A stretch of 64,000 nt of DNA from Isurus oxyrinchus (taxonomy: Eukaryota): positions 149,916,001-149,980,000 of the forward strand of contig JANJGN010000011.1 in NCBI GenBank assembly GCA_026770705.1, written 5' to 3'. This document shows, one piece after another, positions 37,963 through 50,783 of this stretch. The position numbers were made by a program, and so were the translations under genes. The notes below the pieces were generated by a model that was not told where the DNA came from, did no database searches, and was given only the letters and a program-made list of their open reading frames with translations. How positions within the stretch are numbered: position 1 is the first letter of the stretch; each line of letters opens with the position of its first letter.

Positions 37963-38865
37963 TGTCACAACTCACTGGGGATAGTGCGCTGTAATATCAA
38001 GCCCCACTGTTCCCTGAGCCACGACAAATGTGAAAAGTTTGATCAAACCACCAGACTGCCCCAACTGTTTAATTTAGGTTAACAGAATATGAGCACCAAG
38101 TTTGTAAACTTAGTAAGTAAATAATTCTTTATTGAACAAACTGTCATTAATCGGTGGCAAAAGAAAGAAACATGAACTGCTAACTCCTAACACTATAACT
38201 TAAACTCTACCCCCTACTAAAATCCCTATACACTCACACACACAATACACACAAAAGATGGATTTTAAGGGTGGGGTAAAACAGTTCAATAGCATCAATC
38301 TGGAGTAGAGGATTTGATGGGTTGATTTTGATCGATATCTTCCAAATTCCTTTCAGTTCTTGTTGATGACACAATGTGGTCTTCCAGTACTTTAAGTCTG
38401 TGGTTCACTGGTTGAGCACTTGCCTTTCAAAGTCTCTCACAGTGTTTTTCACCTTTGTCTCTTGAAAAGGGTTTTCAGAGAAAGAGCAGGATATAGAGAT
38501 ATGAGGAGAAAAAAAAACAACTAGCCTTTAGTGTGGAATTACTGGAATCTTCCACAGATAGGAGAAAGCGGTTTGTGACTAGGAGCTATTCTGCTGCACT
38601 CTCACAAAATGTGGTCACCTGGTCAGGAGCCAATTAAAATACTGTTGTCAGGCAGCTCCCTTGGTCCACGACGCCTTTCCGGCACCATCCTGTCTTTCAT
38701 GGCACACTCTGTTCCAGGACTGCAACGTTGTGTATATCCCTCATCTTGTTCCAGTGGACATGCCTTTCAACTGCAGCCATTGTAATTTCACCACCATCCA
38801 ACAGAAAATTTAAAAATATGTTCTTTACAACAGTCCAGCAGAAATATAAAGACATGTTCCTTACA
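37963..38865 (-). mobile_element. Solo LTR
   Basis: TGT...ACA termini, 4-bp TSD CAGT (37959-37962 and 38866-38869). AATAAA on the minus strand at ~38130. Confidence 0.72.
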
Positions 38866-39534
38866 CAGTATAATAATACTTAGATGTCCACATGACCCAA
38901 CTAATTCTGACATCTTAAACACACAAATTAACCCTTATTTATTTTTAATGTGGCTACTTTATTCACTATCCACTGAAAACCCAATGTAGCAATAACTTAC
39001 ACAAATGGTGTTCAACCATTTAGTTTGACCCAAAGAATCTTTAGAAGGGGACGGTGTACCCTAGCAACTGTTTAAGCTCTTGTAAAGAGTTTATAGGCAT
39101 CATGGTTGTTGTCCAGATGAACTAAATTGTGTATTGTCCTTATTTAAAAAAAACAACAGAATAAATTCTAAATGTAATTCATCAAAGAAAGGTGAGATGA
39201 AATCTCGATTCCAAGAATTTATTTTCTGCATTGTGTACACGGTGGAAAGGATTGCTACTGCTTCCCAATACTATGAGACCTTTTATGCATCTTAAGCTCC
39301 TTAAAATTAAGAAAATTAATGATGTTGAACATTCCCAACGGTGTCCTTTTTTCTCAGTATTGAAGTCAGTGGCACAAATGACTCATGGTGATGTGTGGCT
39401 TACGTTGCACCTTATAAATGTTTATCGGGAAAGTAAAGCCTATGGTATTCCAATCTGTTACGGAAGCCACTTATCTCTTAAAAATTAGGATTGTAAGGAT
39501 AGACACTGTTCCCTTAGTTGAATGGCGAGGCATG

Positions 39535-39672
39535 GGGTGGGATTTTCCGGCTCTGTCTGTCGCCAGAATTGTCTGGTCCCGCAGAAAGTCAATGGAATTT
39601 TGGCTGGGCTGCCGAATCTCCTGTGGCAGGTCCCACCACGATGTGGCGGGGGGAGGCGGCAAAATCCCAGCC
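39535..39672. mobile_element. Short MITE
   Basis: GGGTGGGATTTTCC...GCAAAATCCCAGCC TIRs with a central gtcaatgga motif. Similar to 31913-32015. Confidence 0.65.
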
Positions 39673-40576
39673 ACGATAATTCCTAGGCTGCTGTGATGAT
39701 GGAAGAATCATATCAAAAGGCAAAAGTTAAAGTTCAGTAATTTAGGCTGTAGTGTGAGATCAGATTGTAGAGTTTTCCTTAATTTACCTTGGGGGTGGGG
39801 GGCGGGTGTGGGTTGGGGAGCAGGAGGAGCAAACTTTTAGAGCATTTCCTCAGGAAACCAAGGAGAATCGGTGATACAGTAGATTGTCTGCTCTCTGTGG
39901 AAGGAATGTATTTGATGTGCTGAATTGTCTTTATGCATTTTGTGCTTTCTTCTGTACTTTTTTCTTCAACTATGGCCTCAGCAGATTTCAGATCTATCAT
40001 ATCCAGGGTAGATGGTCATCAGATGAACCAGTCCATGCTTTACCAGAGCCTTGAAGAAGCCAATGATGGAATAGTTTCTCTCTCTCTCTTGCCCTTCTTT
40101 TACAAATTTCCACAGCCTTTGACACTTCCTTCACAATGCTGGAGGCCCCTTAAGACACGAAGATCTGAAGAGGATTATGCTTCTGAGATTGTTGACTCAG
40201 TGGCAAATTGTTTAAGTAGCTTCTTGGGCCATTATTTCATTTTGGCATGGATGCTAGAGTGATATCGAAAGAAGGGACAGTTTTGGCTTTGCATCCCAGG
40301 TGTAGCTCATGTACAAGTGGGGAAGGAGTGAGGGGTATCTGATCCTAAGTAGAGGCTGAACTGCAGTAAGAAAAGAAAATAGGCATCTTAGTCAAAACTT
40401 CTAATTTCTATGATACATGTTTTGGAAGCTACATTTGTGAATAAAAAATCACTGAAGTCTTTACTAAACTGCAGCACAATTGAGGCGTTCAGATGACATC
40501 CCAAATTGGAAGCGCATTTTATATGGTCGCTGAAACCTTCTGATTGTGTTACAGTTTCCATATTCATGAAAGACAT

Positions 40577-41278
40577 GGGCAGAATCTTTAGGACCCCGAT
40601 GGGGCCGAGCATGCAGGCAGGTAGGCATGAATTTCGTACCATTGGCCTGCTTGCCGGTTCCTTGGCATCATTCCTGGAGGCAGGATGGGGGATTCAGGGT
40701 TACCTGCCTGCATGTAGCAGGTAGCCAGTTGAGATAATGGTCAGCTGAGGCCAATTATCAGAGGCTGGCTGGAATTTTCCAGTCAGCTTCCAGGTCCCCA
40801 CAGGCATCAGAGGACGACAGCAAAGCAGGTGGCCCACACTCCAGACATGCCCATAGGCCCTCCACGCTTGCCTGGTTCCAGGTGCAGGTACAGGCTGCCC
40901 TGTGGAGGGGTAACCACACCCCGTCCACTACCACCACCACCACCACCACCACAACGGTGGCATGGCTGCCGAATACATTTTCCTACTTTTAATTTCAAAA
41001 GGTTGGAGAGACGGTGCCTCAAAATGAAGGCACTTACTTCTCTCACTTACCTGCACTGCAAGTTGCTGCTGCTTCTGGGCCGGAGAGCCTCCTATTGGCC
41101 TGCCAGTTTCGGGAATCCACTCACCATCCTTAATTGGCAGTGAGCCTGCCCTTTGCCACCAATTGACCAGTTTGAAGAATATTGTAGTCAGGTGACTGTT
41201 TACCTCACATTGCGGGTTTCTGGCCCTCATTTGCCCATGATTGGCTGGGTTTTGAAGTCCGTGGGGTAAATCCTACCC
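40577..41278. mobile_element. Harbinger-like non-autonomous TIR element
   Basis: GGGCAGAATCTT...AAATCCTACCC, with catg at both junctions. Confidence 0.68.
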
Positions 41279-41807
41279 ATGCTGTCCGGCCTCCCAATTT
41301 GGTCTGTTCAGTTAACCATTCTATGTTAGCAGTCAGCGTGGGGTTTTATCACTGATGTGTGCCAGGGCTGCACGTGGTTGTGGAAAGGAATTGCTTACAG
41401 TGATTAAAAGAAACATCAATTTTATCAAACAAAATGGATTCCCAGAGGCATCGCTCACAAGGAGGTATTGCTGCATGAAGGAACTGGATCATAGCCAGGA
41501 GGAGCAGGCAAAAGTGAGACCAGAGTATCAATACAGAGTGGTAGCAAATGGCCACTGCTAACTTGGGTACTTGCATAGCCCAGCGAATACTGTGGCTGAA
41601 AACAGAAGTAAAGACTTGTATATGTCCTCAGAATTTCCACGAGAATGAAGTCTAAAACACACAGGACGATTTTCATTCGAGGCAAAATTAGAGGTGCAAT
41701 TTTAAGAAATTGTAATAAATAAAAAAAAAGGGTACTTTGTTCTGGGCTGGCAGCATAAGTACTATTTCTTTTGACTCTGCCCGGAGGTGGAGGTTGGGGG
41801 GGGTGCA

Positions 41808-42534
41808 CGGGGAAATTTAGGAAGTTGCACGATGTCTCCCTGACGGTGTCGCTCCTCCACGTCTGTTTCCTAGGGTAAGCTGCGCAGGCTCAGGACTTAC
41901 ATGTGGCTCTGATGTCAGGTTCTCGATGCCCATGGGAGCCAACCTCTCCCGGTGGGACTGCCAGTTGAGTGGGGCAACCCACTCCAAGGAAGCAGGCAGC
42001 CAATTAAGGCCCCACTCGGGGGCTACTTTCAGAATCTGCCAGCATTTTCCTGATTTCTGAATGGCCTCCCAGCTGAGTCCGGATCCAGCAGCAGCTTGAA
42101 GGCAGCTTCCCAGAAGCAGGTCAAAGGGCAACCAGTGCTTCCTCTTACTGGCCAAGCGAATGAGCCACGATGAAAAGGCTGCAGCCTTCCTGAGGGGGTG
42201 GGTGCGGGGTGGTGGTTCCCTCCATGCTGATGGGCCTCACAGCTGTGGGCCTGCTTTAACTTTAAATTTTCAGTAGGTTTCCAAGAGTGCCTCCATTTTG
42301 AGGCACACTCACATTTGCCTTTTAGCCTCTGCAGCGGGGGCTGCCAGTTGGCCAGTGCTTTGGGCCTTCTCATTGGGTCCCCAACTTGGGAAGCTGGCAG
42401 CCATCCTCAGATGGACAACAAACAGGGAGGTGGCAAATTTGGACCCTGCCTCACATAAAGTTGCATTAGTGGGTTACTTGATGAGAAACCATGGACTTGG
42501 GACTCACATATGGTCCTGATGCCGGGCAATGCCC
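41808..42534. mobile_element. Degenerate Harbinger-like element related to 40577-41278
   Basis: Shares the gtgcctccattttgaggcac palindrome (cf. gtgcctcaaaatgaaggcac at ~41015) and ccaattaaggccc. Confidence 0.55.
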
Positions 42535-42575
42535 ATGAGATGGTTCAGTCCATTTCTGTAAACTAGAGTATTAGG

Positions 42576-43507
42576 TGTTATTCATGGTAATTTTTGTCTT
42601 AGGATACTATATGGTAAATGTAGGATAATGGAATCTGGAGTGTGTGATGACCTTTGATCCAGAAGCAGCACAGTAAGGAAAATGTGTAATTTCTTTAAAA
42701 TGGCCGTGGAATCTTTTAGTTGTTTTAAAAATGTAAGGGACTTCTAAGAGTTTGCATCACTTGTAAAGGGATTAATTATAATTTGGGAGTTAAAGGGAAT
42801 ACTGTTCCATGTGACCTGGTGATTCTTTCCCGGAGGAACTATCAACAGGAAGGTGAGATATGGACCCTGTGTGACTGGCAGACGCAGAGGAGAGTTGCAA
42901 CACCAAGGCAAAAGGGCTGCAGAAGGTGATCAGCACACAGATGCAGGAGTTCTATGAGGCACTGTGCGAGCAGGCCAAAAAGATTTAAAACCTGGAAGGC
43001 TGTGTAAATAGCTGTAGGTCACTAAAGAGCTGGGTGTTTTACCAGAGGTAGTCAAACCATAAACTGGGCTGTCATTGGCTGGTCAGTTGAAAAGGAACTC
43101 TGGAGAGCTATACCATCAGGTCTACCATGACCTGAGGAAGAGAGGGTTTATAGTAGTGCGCTTTGCTGATGATTAATTGTACCTGTGGAACTGAGGGGTG
43201 AAAGCTGTTGTTGGATATGACTCCTGACCCACCCTTCACGTATAAAAAACAGTATATTTATGGAACTGTGTAACTACATATTTGTATTCATGCTGAAGGG
43301 AATGCTTGTGATTGTGTAACACATATCTTTATTGTGTTGACTATTTTATTTGAAGTATCATTTGTTTGTTAATTCACTTTAAATTTACATTGGTTCTGAT
43401 TCATGTTAAAGTAAAAGTTACAAAAAGTGAAATCTTGTTGGTTATTTCTTCATTTGGGGGGTTGTTTGGTTAATTTGGTTAATTGTTCCCCCATGGGGAT
43501 CGCTACA
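42576..43507 (+). mobile_element. Probable solo LTR related to 11372-12631
   Basis: TGTTA...CTACA with flanks TAGG/TATG. Shares catgtgacctg and gtaaaagtt..aaaa..tgaaatctt blocks with the 11.4-12.6 kb LTR. Confidence 0.55.
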
Positions 43508-43686
43508 TATGTTACAAAGTGTTAACACATCAGGAGATTGCAAGCAGTTTATAAACATCATTTCCTACACTGAAATTCTTTGCAATAAGATTTTATTACA
43601 TTTTCAATGTGTTTACTTCGTGTCAACATTTGAAATGGATATTAGGCTCACACTCTTGTGTAATGTGACAAGGCAAGAAATGATAG

Positions 43687-45319
43687 GGTTCCGTCTGGAA
43701 GACAGGAAGGTATATATACTGGCTCCCTGGCTCCTTCATAAAATTATTTCATTTTTAAAATGAACAAAGGCTTTACCTTAACATGCCTGAGTAGCCATGA
43801 GTCATACCAGAGGAACGTCTAACCTTCAGAAGCCAGCATGGACCTTGTTACCCCTCTGTGCAGAAAATCAAATTCCAAAGAAATGCACCAACACCCTTTA
43901 CATTTCTTAGGCAGGGCTCTGGCCAATGGGGACGGAACCCTGAGGTACCCTGACTCCTCTTTTAACTCTGAAGATTCCAAACCTGGAAAATTACATTCTT
44001 TGTCCAACACCCAGGTGAAGAAGTGGGAGATATGTCACATGACCTCCCCAATGCTGCTAGAACCTGTAATATTGTTGTGTGGAACTGAACTTAGGCAGCC
44101 TACCATTCTACCACCTAACAGGTAGCAGCAAAAAGAGCTCTGTCCAGGTAAATTGCCTGGCCCTCATCCACACTGTGAACTACTAGAACATTGGAACTCC
44201 TGTTTCTGGGCCTGTAAGAGTAATTCATCTCAATGTGCCCTCTTCCATCGGGGAAGCCCTCACTTCTGGAAAGTGATCACCCTGCAACAGTGTCAGCCTG
44301 CAAACCGCTGGAGGAGTACACTATTTTGATTCTGGACTTTGAACTCCTGTGAAACCATAACTCTTATTTTTATCATGGTCTTGCCCTGTACCCTTTTCTT
44401 TCTCTTATCCCTCTTCTTTTGTATGGGCTGAACTTTCCTGTCGGTGAGCAGGGGGTGGGGCCCGCTTGCCGATGTGAGATGACATCGAGGGGGACCCCCG
44501 ACATCATCCCACCCCATTTAAATCTTCAGGAAGGTGGGGGCACAGCCAAATCAGCTGTGCGCCCGCTAACCTGTCAATGGCCAAGAGCCCCGGCGGGGAA
44601 TAGAAAAAACATGAAACCTCGTCCCGCCGCTGGATGAGGTTTCATGTAGGGATTTTAAAAGTTTAATAAAGTTTTAGTGTAATTTATGAACATGTCCCAT
44701 CTCATGTGACATTGCCACATGAGGGGGACATGTTAAGGATTTTCTTTTTCTATTTCTAATCGTTTTAAAAGTGTCAGCGATCTCCCTGAGACAGCACCTA
44801 GCCTCAGGAAGATGTGCGCTCTATCGTGCGCATGCGTGAAAGAGCACACTCTTGCTTTTGGGGAATACCTCGTCCCTCGTACCCCCCCCCACCCCGCCCA
44901 CACAGGGAGCGCATTGTGCTTCCCGCCGGACATCATGCTGGGTGGGCCTTAATTGGCCCGCCCACGTAAAATGGCGGTGGGGCCCACTTCTCCAGCAGGG
45001 ATCGGCTCCCCGCCCGCTGGAGATTAGGTCAAGCCTGCCCGCCCGACAGGCAGAAAATTCTGCCCTACGAGTACAAAAAGGGGCGAACGTTGTGAAACTG
45101 CTTCTTGCATTTTGCGTGTGTAAAATAAACCAACCCTTTCGAGTTTGCTGTGGGGTTATTGATAGAGGATTGGGTCACTCCAAACTGAAGGGCTGGGGGA
45201 AACTACACCACCGCTTATAAAGGGGGAAATCAATAATCAAAAACACCTTTCTGTTTATGGACAGGTAGTGAGAGGGGAAATCAGGGCTGTTTAAATTAAC
45301 CCCCCTCCTGTCTGTAACA
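43687..45319 (+). mobile_element. Probable solo LTR related to 50703-51750, interrupted by a Harbinger-like element
   Basis: 3' end gaaatcagggctgtttaaattaaccccc..cctgtc.gtaaca is shared with 51708-51750. ATAG on both flanks. Left terminus is degenerate and uncertain. Confidence 0.55.
44425..45065 (+). mobile_element. Harbinger-like family A element
   Basis: GGGCTGAACTTT...AAAATTCTGCCC with 3-bp flanks TAT/TAC. Collinear with 235-876. Confidence 0.82.
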
Positions 45320-46714
45320 ATAGCGAAAGATATTTTATTGGCTAACACGAGGTGCATTTCTATTGCAAGGTGCTTCACAGGAGTGTTATGTAACAAAATT
45401 GGACACTGGGCCACATAAGGAGACATTAGGACCAGTGACCAAAAGCTTGGTCGAAGAGGTAGGTTTTAAAGAGAGTTTTAAAAGCAGTAGAAAGATGGAG
45501 GGGTTTTAGGGAGGAAACATCACAGGTTGTATCTAAACCATGATGTTATTGAGCAGCGCGTCAATGCCTTTTAAAAACTCAAGTAGAACACACTGCAATC
45601 AATCAGCACTTTGGGCACATCACCCAGAATGGCAAGTTAGCATTAATAATACTTGGGTTATAAGTAACGTAATGGAACCTGTGTTTCGGCTAGATCTTGG
45701 GATAGATTTGCAGCACCTCTAGCATACTTTTCGTTGAATGTAACTATCTATTAGCTTTAGGTAAGTGAATTGCTTAAATTAGATACAGGGCAGTCATGCT
45801 GATTAGCTTCCTACTCTTCAACGCAATACGTTTAAAATCCTCATTTCAGTCTCCATCTTATTCCGCCTTGTCTCAATAACCTTCTCCAGTTTTCCATCCA
45901 CTCTTGCTTCATTTAGTTGTCCAAATCTGACACCACCTCTCCCCCTCCCACAACCAGTGAAGGCAGCCTTATCCCTACTACCTTGTATTCCTGATTGTGT
46001 CCCTTTTACCTCACAGATTCTCATCTCAAAACTCATCTTTATGGTCAAGGATTTGATTAACTTGCTTAACTGTGGAGCCAGAGCTCATCGCATGCTTGCT
46101 TATTCATTTTATGATCCATTTTTTTTATCTCGCCCCTCCCCCTCCTCCATCCCCATGCAAAGCACTTTGAGTCATAAAAATGTAAGCTGTTGGCAAATGA
46201 AATGTCTAGGCTGCAAAATGTGGTCTTGATGTGGACTGACAGATGGAAAGTTCTCAATTCGTGGGTTGAGGGAACTCTCGAGGCAGTGGGTTGGTGGCTT
46301 AAAACACTTACAAGCTATGTAACTTTCAATCTTTCAATTTAAAAGTAGCATAACTGCCTGTTTTGTAAGCTTTTGTAAATCACGCAGTAAATCAATGTTT
46401 TCCCACTACTGTCCTTTAAAGGTATTGGAGGTCGGTAGAGGCAGGTTAGTGGACGAGCTGTTCTGTAAAGCACCCCAGATTGTTTAGCACCTCTTGAAGT
46501 AGGCTTCTGTCTTTGTCATCTGGGCAGAATGTATCACTTGTTCGCTGCGGAACTCTGCCTCATTTTTGTTCCATGAAAGACAAAAATCTACCTCATTCAT
46601 TTAAGATAAGTAATTTGTTTGCTTGACAGCGCCAAGAAAAGAAGCAATATTTCTGGCACCAAGCTGATTTATTATGCACCGTTTCCAAAGATTGGTCCAT
46701 TTGTGTGTTTGTCC

Positions 46715-46812
46715 ATTTGTGTGTTTGTGTGTGTGTGTGTGTGTGTGGGGGGTGGGGGGGGTGGGGGGGGTGGTGTGTGTGTGGGGGGGTTGTGTGTGTC
46801 TGTGGTGTGTAT
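46715..46812. repeat. (GT)n microsatellite with G-runs
   Basis: gtgtgtgt...ggggggtggggggggtggggggggtgg. Confidence 0.9.
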
Positions 46813-47006
46813 TGCAGCCACTGCCACTTAGTGGTTGAGGAAGGGTTTGTATTGAAAATGGATAGTGCCCATGTTACCAAACTGGATCCGCACTCTCAGG
46901 TTCAATGTTATCAATCTTGCATAAAAGCAAAATACTGCGGATGCTGGAAATCTAGAACAAAAACGAAAATACCTGGAAAAACTCAGCAGGTCTGCGGAGA
47001 GGGATA

Positions 47007-47047
47007 CAGTTGATGTTTCGAGTCTGTATGACCCTTCATCAGAACTA
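47007..47047 (-). ncRNA. Minimal hammerhead ribozyme motif (inverted arm copy)
   Basis: Minus strand reads TAGTT-CTGATGA-A-GGGTC(ATACA)GACTC-GAAAC-ATC-AACTG. Stem III CpG is mutated (ACGT>ACAT). Confidence 0.75.
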
Positions 47048-50005
47048 AGACATATAGAAATGAGGTGAAATATAAGCTGGTAGAGGGGGGTGAGTGGGAA
47101 AGGTAGAGCTCGATAGGGAGCCAGTGATAGGTGGAGGCCAAGAAGAGACTGCCAAAGGTGTCACAGAATAAAGGACAAAGGGGTGTTGATGGTGGTGATA
47201 TTATCTAAAGGATGTGCTAATGGGGACATTAAGGGTAGAAAGCAGGACGAGCAAGTGGCAGATGGCCCTAGTGGGGGTGGGGTGGGGGGAAGGGATCGAA
47301 ATGGGCTAAAAGGTGGAGATGAAACAATGGATCGAAATAAATTTACAAATAGGAGGGAAAAGAAAAATATTTGTAATAATTTTTTTTAATTATTGGAAAA
47401 AGGGGGATCGGAAAGAGGGTGGGGATGGAGGAGAGAGTTCATAATCTAAAATTGTTGAACTCAATCTTCAGTCCAGAAGGCTGTAAAGTGCCTAGTCGGA
47501 AGATGAGGTGTTGTTCCTCCAGTTTGCGTTGAGCTTCACTGGAACAATGCAGCAGGCCAAGGACGGACATGTGGGCATGAGAGCAGGATGGAGTGTTGAA
47601 ATGGCAAGCGACAGGGAGGTCTGAGTCATGCTTGCGGGCAGACTGAAGGTGTTCCACAAAGCAGTCACCCAGTCTGCGTCTGGTCTCTCCAATGTAGAGG
47701 AAACCGCATTGGGAGCAACGAATGCAGTAGACTAAATTGAGGGAAGTGCAAGTGAAATGCTGCTTCACTTGAAAGGAGTGTTTGGGCCCTTGGACGGTGA
47801 GGGGGGAAGTAAAGGGGCAGGTGTTGCACCTTCTGTGGTTGCATGGGAAGGTGCTGTGGGAGGGGGTTGAGGTGTACAGGGTGATGGAGGAGTGGATCAG
47901 GGTGTTCCAGAGGGAATGATCCCTGCGGAATGTTGCCGGGGGGATGAAGGGAAGATGTGTTTGGTGGTGGCATCATGCTGGAGTTGGCGGAAATGGCGGA
48001 GGATGATCCTTTGAATGCGGAGGCTGGTGGGGTGATAAGTGAGGACAAGGGGGACCCTATCATGGTTCTGGGAGGGAGAGGAAGGTGTGAGGGCGGACGC
48101 GCGGGAGATGGGCCAGACACAGTTGAGGACCCTGTCAACCACTGTGGGTGGAAAACCTCAGTTAAGGAAGAAGGAAGACATGTCAGTGAAACTGTTTTGG
48201 AAAGTGACATCATCAGAACAGATGTGACGGAGGCAAAGGAACTGAGAGAATTGGATGGAGTCCTTACAGGAAGCGGGGTTTGAGGAGCTGTAGTCGAGGT
48301 AGCTGTGGGAGTCAGTAGGCTTGTAATGAATATTGGTGGACAGTCTATCACCAGAAATTGAGACTGAGAGGTCAAGGAACACGCACTATTCTCTCACTGA
48401 ACAATTTCTCCTTAAACTCATCTCACTTCCTCTAAATAAAAGGTGTGGCTATGGGTACCCAAATGAGCCCCAGTTATGTCTGTCTCTTTATGGGGTATGT
48501 GGAACATTCCTTGTTCCAGTCCTACACAGGCCCCCTCCCACAACTCTTTCTCCGGTACATCGATGACTGCTTCAGTGCCACTTCATGCTCTCGTCTGGAC
48601 TTGGAAAAATTTATTAATTTTGCTTCCAATTTCCACCCCTCCATCATTTTCACGTGATCCATCACTGACACTTCCCTTCCCTTCTTTGACCTCTCTGTCT
48701 CAATTTCTGGTGATAGACTGTCCACCAATATTCATTACAAGCCTACCGACTCCCACAGCTACCTCGACTACAGCTCCTCACACCCCGCTTCCTGTAAGGA
48801 CTCCATCCCATTCTCTCAGTTCCTTTTCCTCCGTTGCATCTGTTCTGATGATGCCACTTTCAAAAACAGTTCCTCTAACATGCCTTCCTTCTTCCTTAAC
48901 TGAGGTTTTCCACCCACAGTGGTTGACAGGGCCCTCAACCATGTCTGGCCCATCTCCCGCACCTCCACCCTCACACCTTCCTCTTCCTGCCAGAACCATG
49001 ATAGAGTCCCCCTTGTCCTCACTTAACATCCCACCAGCCTCTGCATTCAAAGGATCATCCTCCGCCATTTCCGCCAACTCCAGCATGATGCCACCACCAA
49101 ACACATCTTCCCTTCATTCCCCCCTGGCAGGTTTCTGCAGGATTGTTCCCTCTGGGACACCCTGGTCCACTCCTCCATCACTCCCTACACCTCACCCCCT
49201 CCCAAGGCACTTCCCATGCAACCGCAGAAGGTGCAACACCTGCCCCTTTACTTCCCCCCTCCTCACCGTCCAAGGGCCCAAACACTCCTTTCAAGTGATG
49301 CAGCATTTCACTTGCACTTCCCTCAATTTAGTCTACTGCATTCGTTGCTCCCAATGCGGTTTCCTCTACATTGGAGAGACCAAACGCAGACTGGGTGACC
49401 GCTTTGCGGAACACCTTCAGTCTGTCCGCAAGCATGACCCAGACCTCCCTGTCACTTGCCATTTCAACACTCCACCCTGCTCTCATGCCCACATGTCCGT
49501 CCTTGGCCTGTTGTAACGTTCCAGTGAAGCTCAACACAAACTGGACGAACAGCACCTCATCTTCCGACTAGGCACTTTACAGCCTTCTGGACTGAAGATT
49601 GAGTTCCACAATTTTAGATCATGAACCCTGTCCTCCATCCCCACCCCCTTTCCGATCCCCCCTTTACCAATAATTTAAAAAATTTTATTACAAATATTTT
49701 TCATTTCCCTCCTATTTTTAAATTTATTTCGATCTATTGTTTCATCTCCACCTTTTAGCTCATTTCGATCCCTTCCCCCCACCCCACCCCAACTAGGGCC
49801 ACTTGCTTGTCCTGCTTTCTACCCTTAATGTCCCCATTAGCACATCCTTTAGCTAATATCACCACCATCAACACCCCTTTGTCCTTTTGTCTATGACACC
49901 TTTGGCAGTCTCTTCTTGGCCTCCACCTATCACTGGCTCCCTATCGAGCTCCTCCTGTCCCACCCCCATCTACCAGCTTATATTTCATCTCATTTCTATA
50001 TGTCT

Positions 50006-50046
50006 TAGTTCTGATGAAGGGTCATACAGACTCGAAACGTCAACTG
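50006..50046 (+). ncRNA. Minimal type I hammerhead ribozyme motif in the Penelope 3' region
   Basis: TAGTT-CTGATGA-A-GGGTC(ATACA)GACTC-GAAAC-GTC-AACTG: intact core, stems I and II pair, palindromic ACGT stem III as in Penelope-like element (PLE) hammerheads. Confidence 0.85.
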
Positions 50047-50702
50047 TATCCCTCTCTGCAGATGCTGTCAGACCTGCTGAGTTTTTCCAGGTATTTTTGT
50101 TTTTGTTATCAATCTTGCAAGTGGATCTGAATGCTTTATTCTTACCAGAGTTGACTCATGCTGACCTGTACCTTAATAGTGTAATGCAGGGATATAACTA
50201 TAGTATTCTCCTTATGATCTGGTCCTGAGATACATGTCTTTTGCGCAAGTCCTTCTTCAAATCTCTCCAGTGGTGGACTGAGTTAACACTTGGTGGGACA
50301 AGGCTGACTTCATGCTGAATAAACATACAGAGCATAGTTTGGATCAGGTTCATTTTGTTCAATTAGTATGTCTTTCCATAATGATACAAAAGTAATACCA
50401 CATCCTCCGATCACTTTGTATGATTCCGACAAGCGATCTTCTCACTGTTCCTCCAGAACCTCTGACTTTCAGCCTCCCTAAAGCTTTTGTAGCTCTGAGT
50501 TTAGCAGCTCTTACAGATTCCCTTTGTTTCTAGGAGTCTGTCTCCACCCCTCTGCGTGCTGACATGAAGGGATGAAAAGCCTTTGCAACACATGTTGTTC
50601 CTGTGATCACCCTGACCAGTTAACAAATTCCTAGTTGTTCAGCCTATGGAGAAAGCATCTTCAATTTAGCATGCACATGATTTTTTAAAAACTTGAAAAT
50701 AC

Positions 50703-50741
50703 TGTCAGGGGCTAAGATCTCACACTCTATATTTTTATAAT

Positions 50742-50783
<42 letters not shown>

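Larger units (their letters stand above)
46922..50103. mobile_element. Penelope-like retroelement (Neptune-like), 5'-truncated, with inverted duplication of its 3' part
   Basis: The + arm (~48380-50103) has RT motifs AMG..SP..LFM, RYIDD and YKPTD..YL, a CxxxxCxxC linker, and GIY-YIG VYCIRC..C...YIGET..RL..RF.EH. The - arm (46922-~48380) repeats ~48681 onward. Flanked by TSD TGTTATCAATCTTGCA at 46906-46921 and 50104-50119. Stops and frameshifts present. Confidence 0.93.

Noticed and set aside
48655-48903. In-frame TGA codons as selenocysteine (as in Naiad PLEs)
   Set aside because: They fall at probable Trp/Arg positions rather than Cys. A TAA and frameshifts are also present, so decay explains them.
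48476-49516. 346-aa ORF as a novel or overlapping gene
   Set aside because: Mostly a Ser/Pro-rich shadow frame of the C-rich Penelope RT strand, which enters the true GIY-YIG frame through a frameshift.
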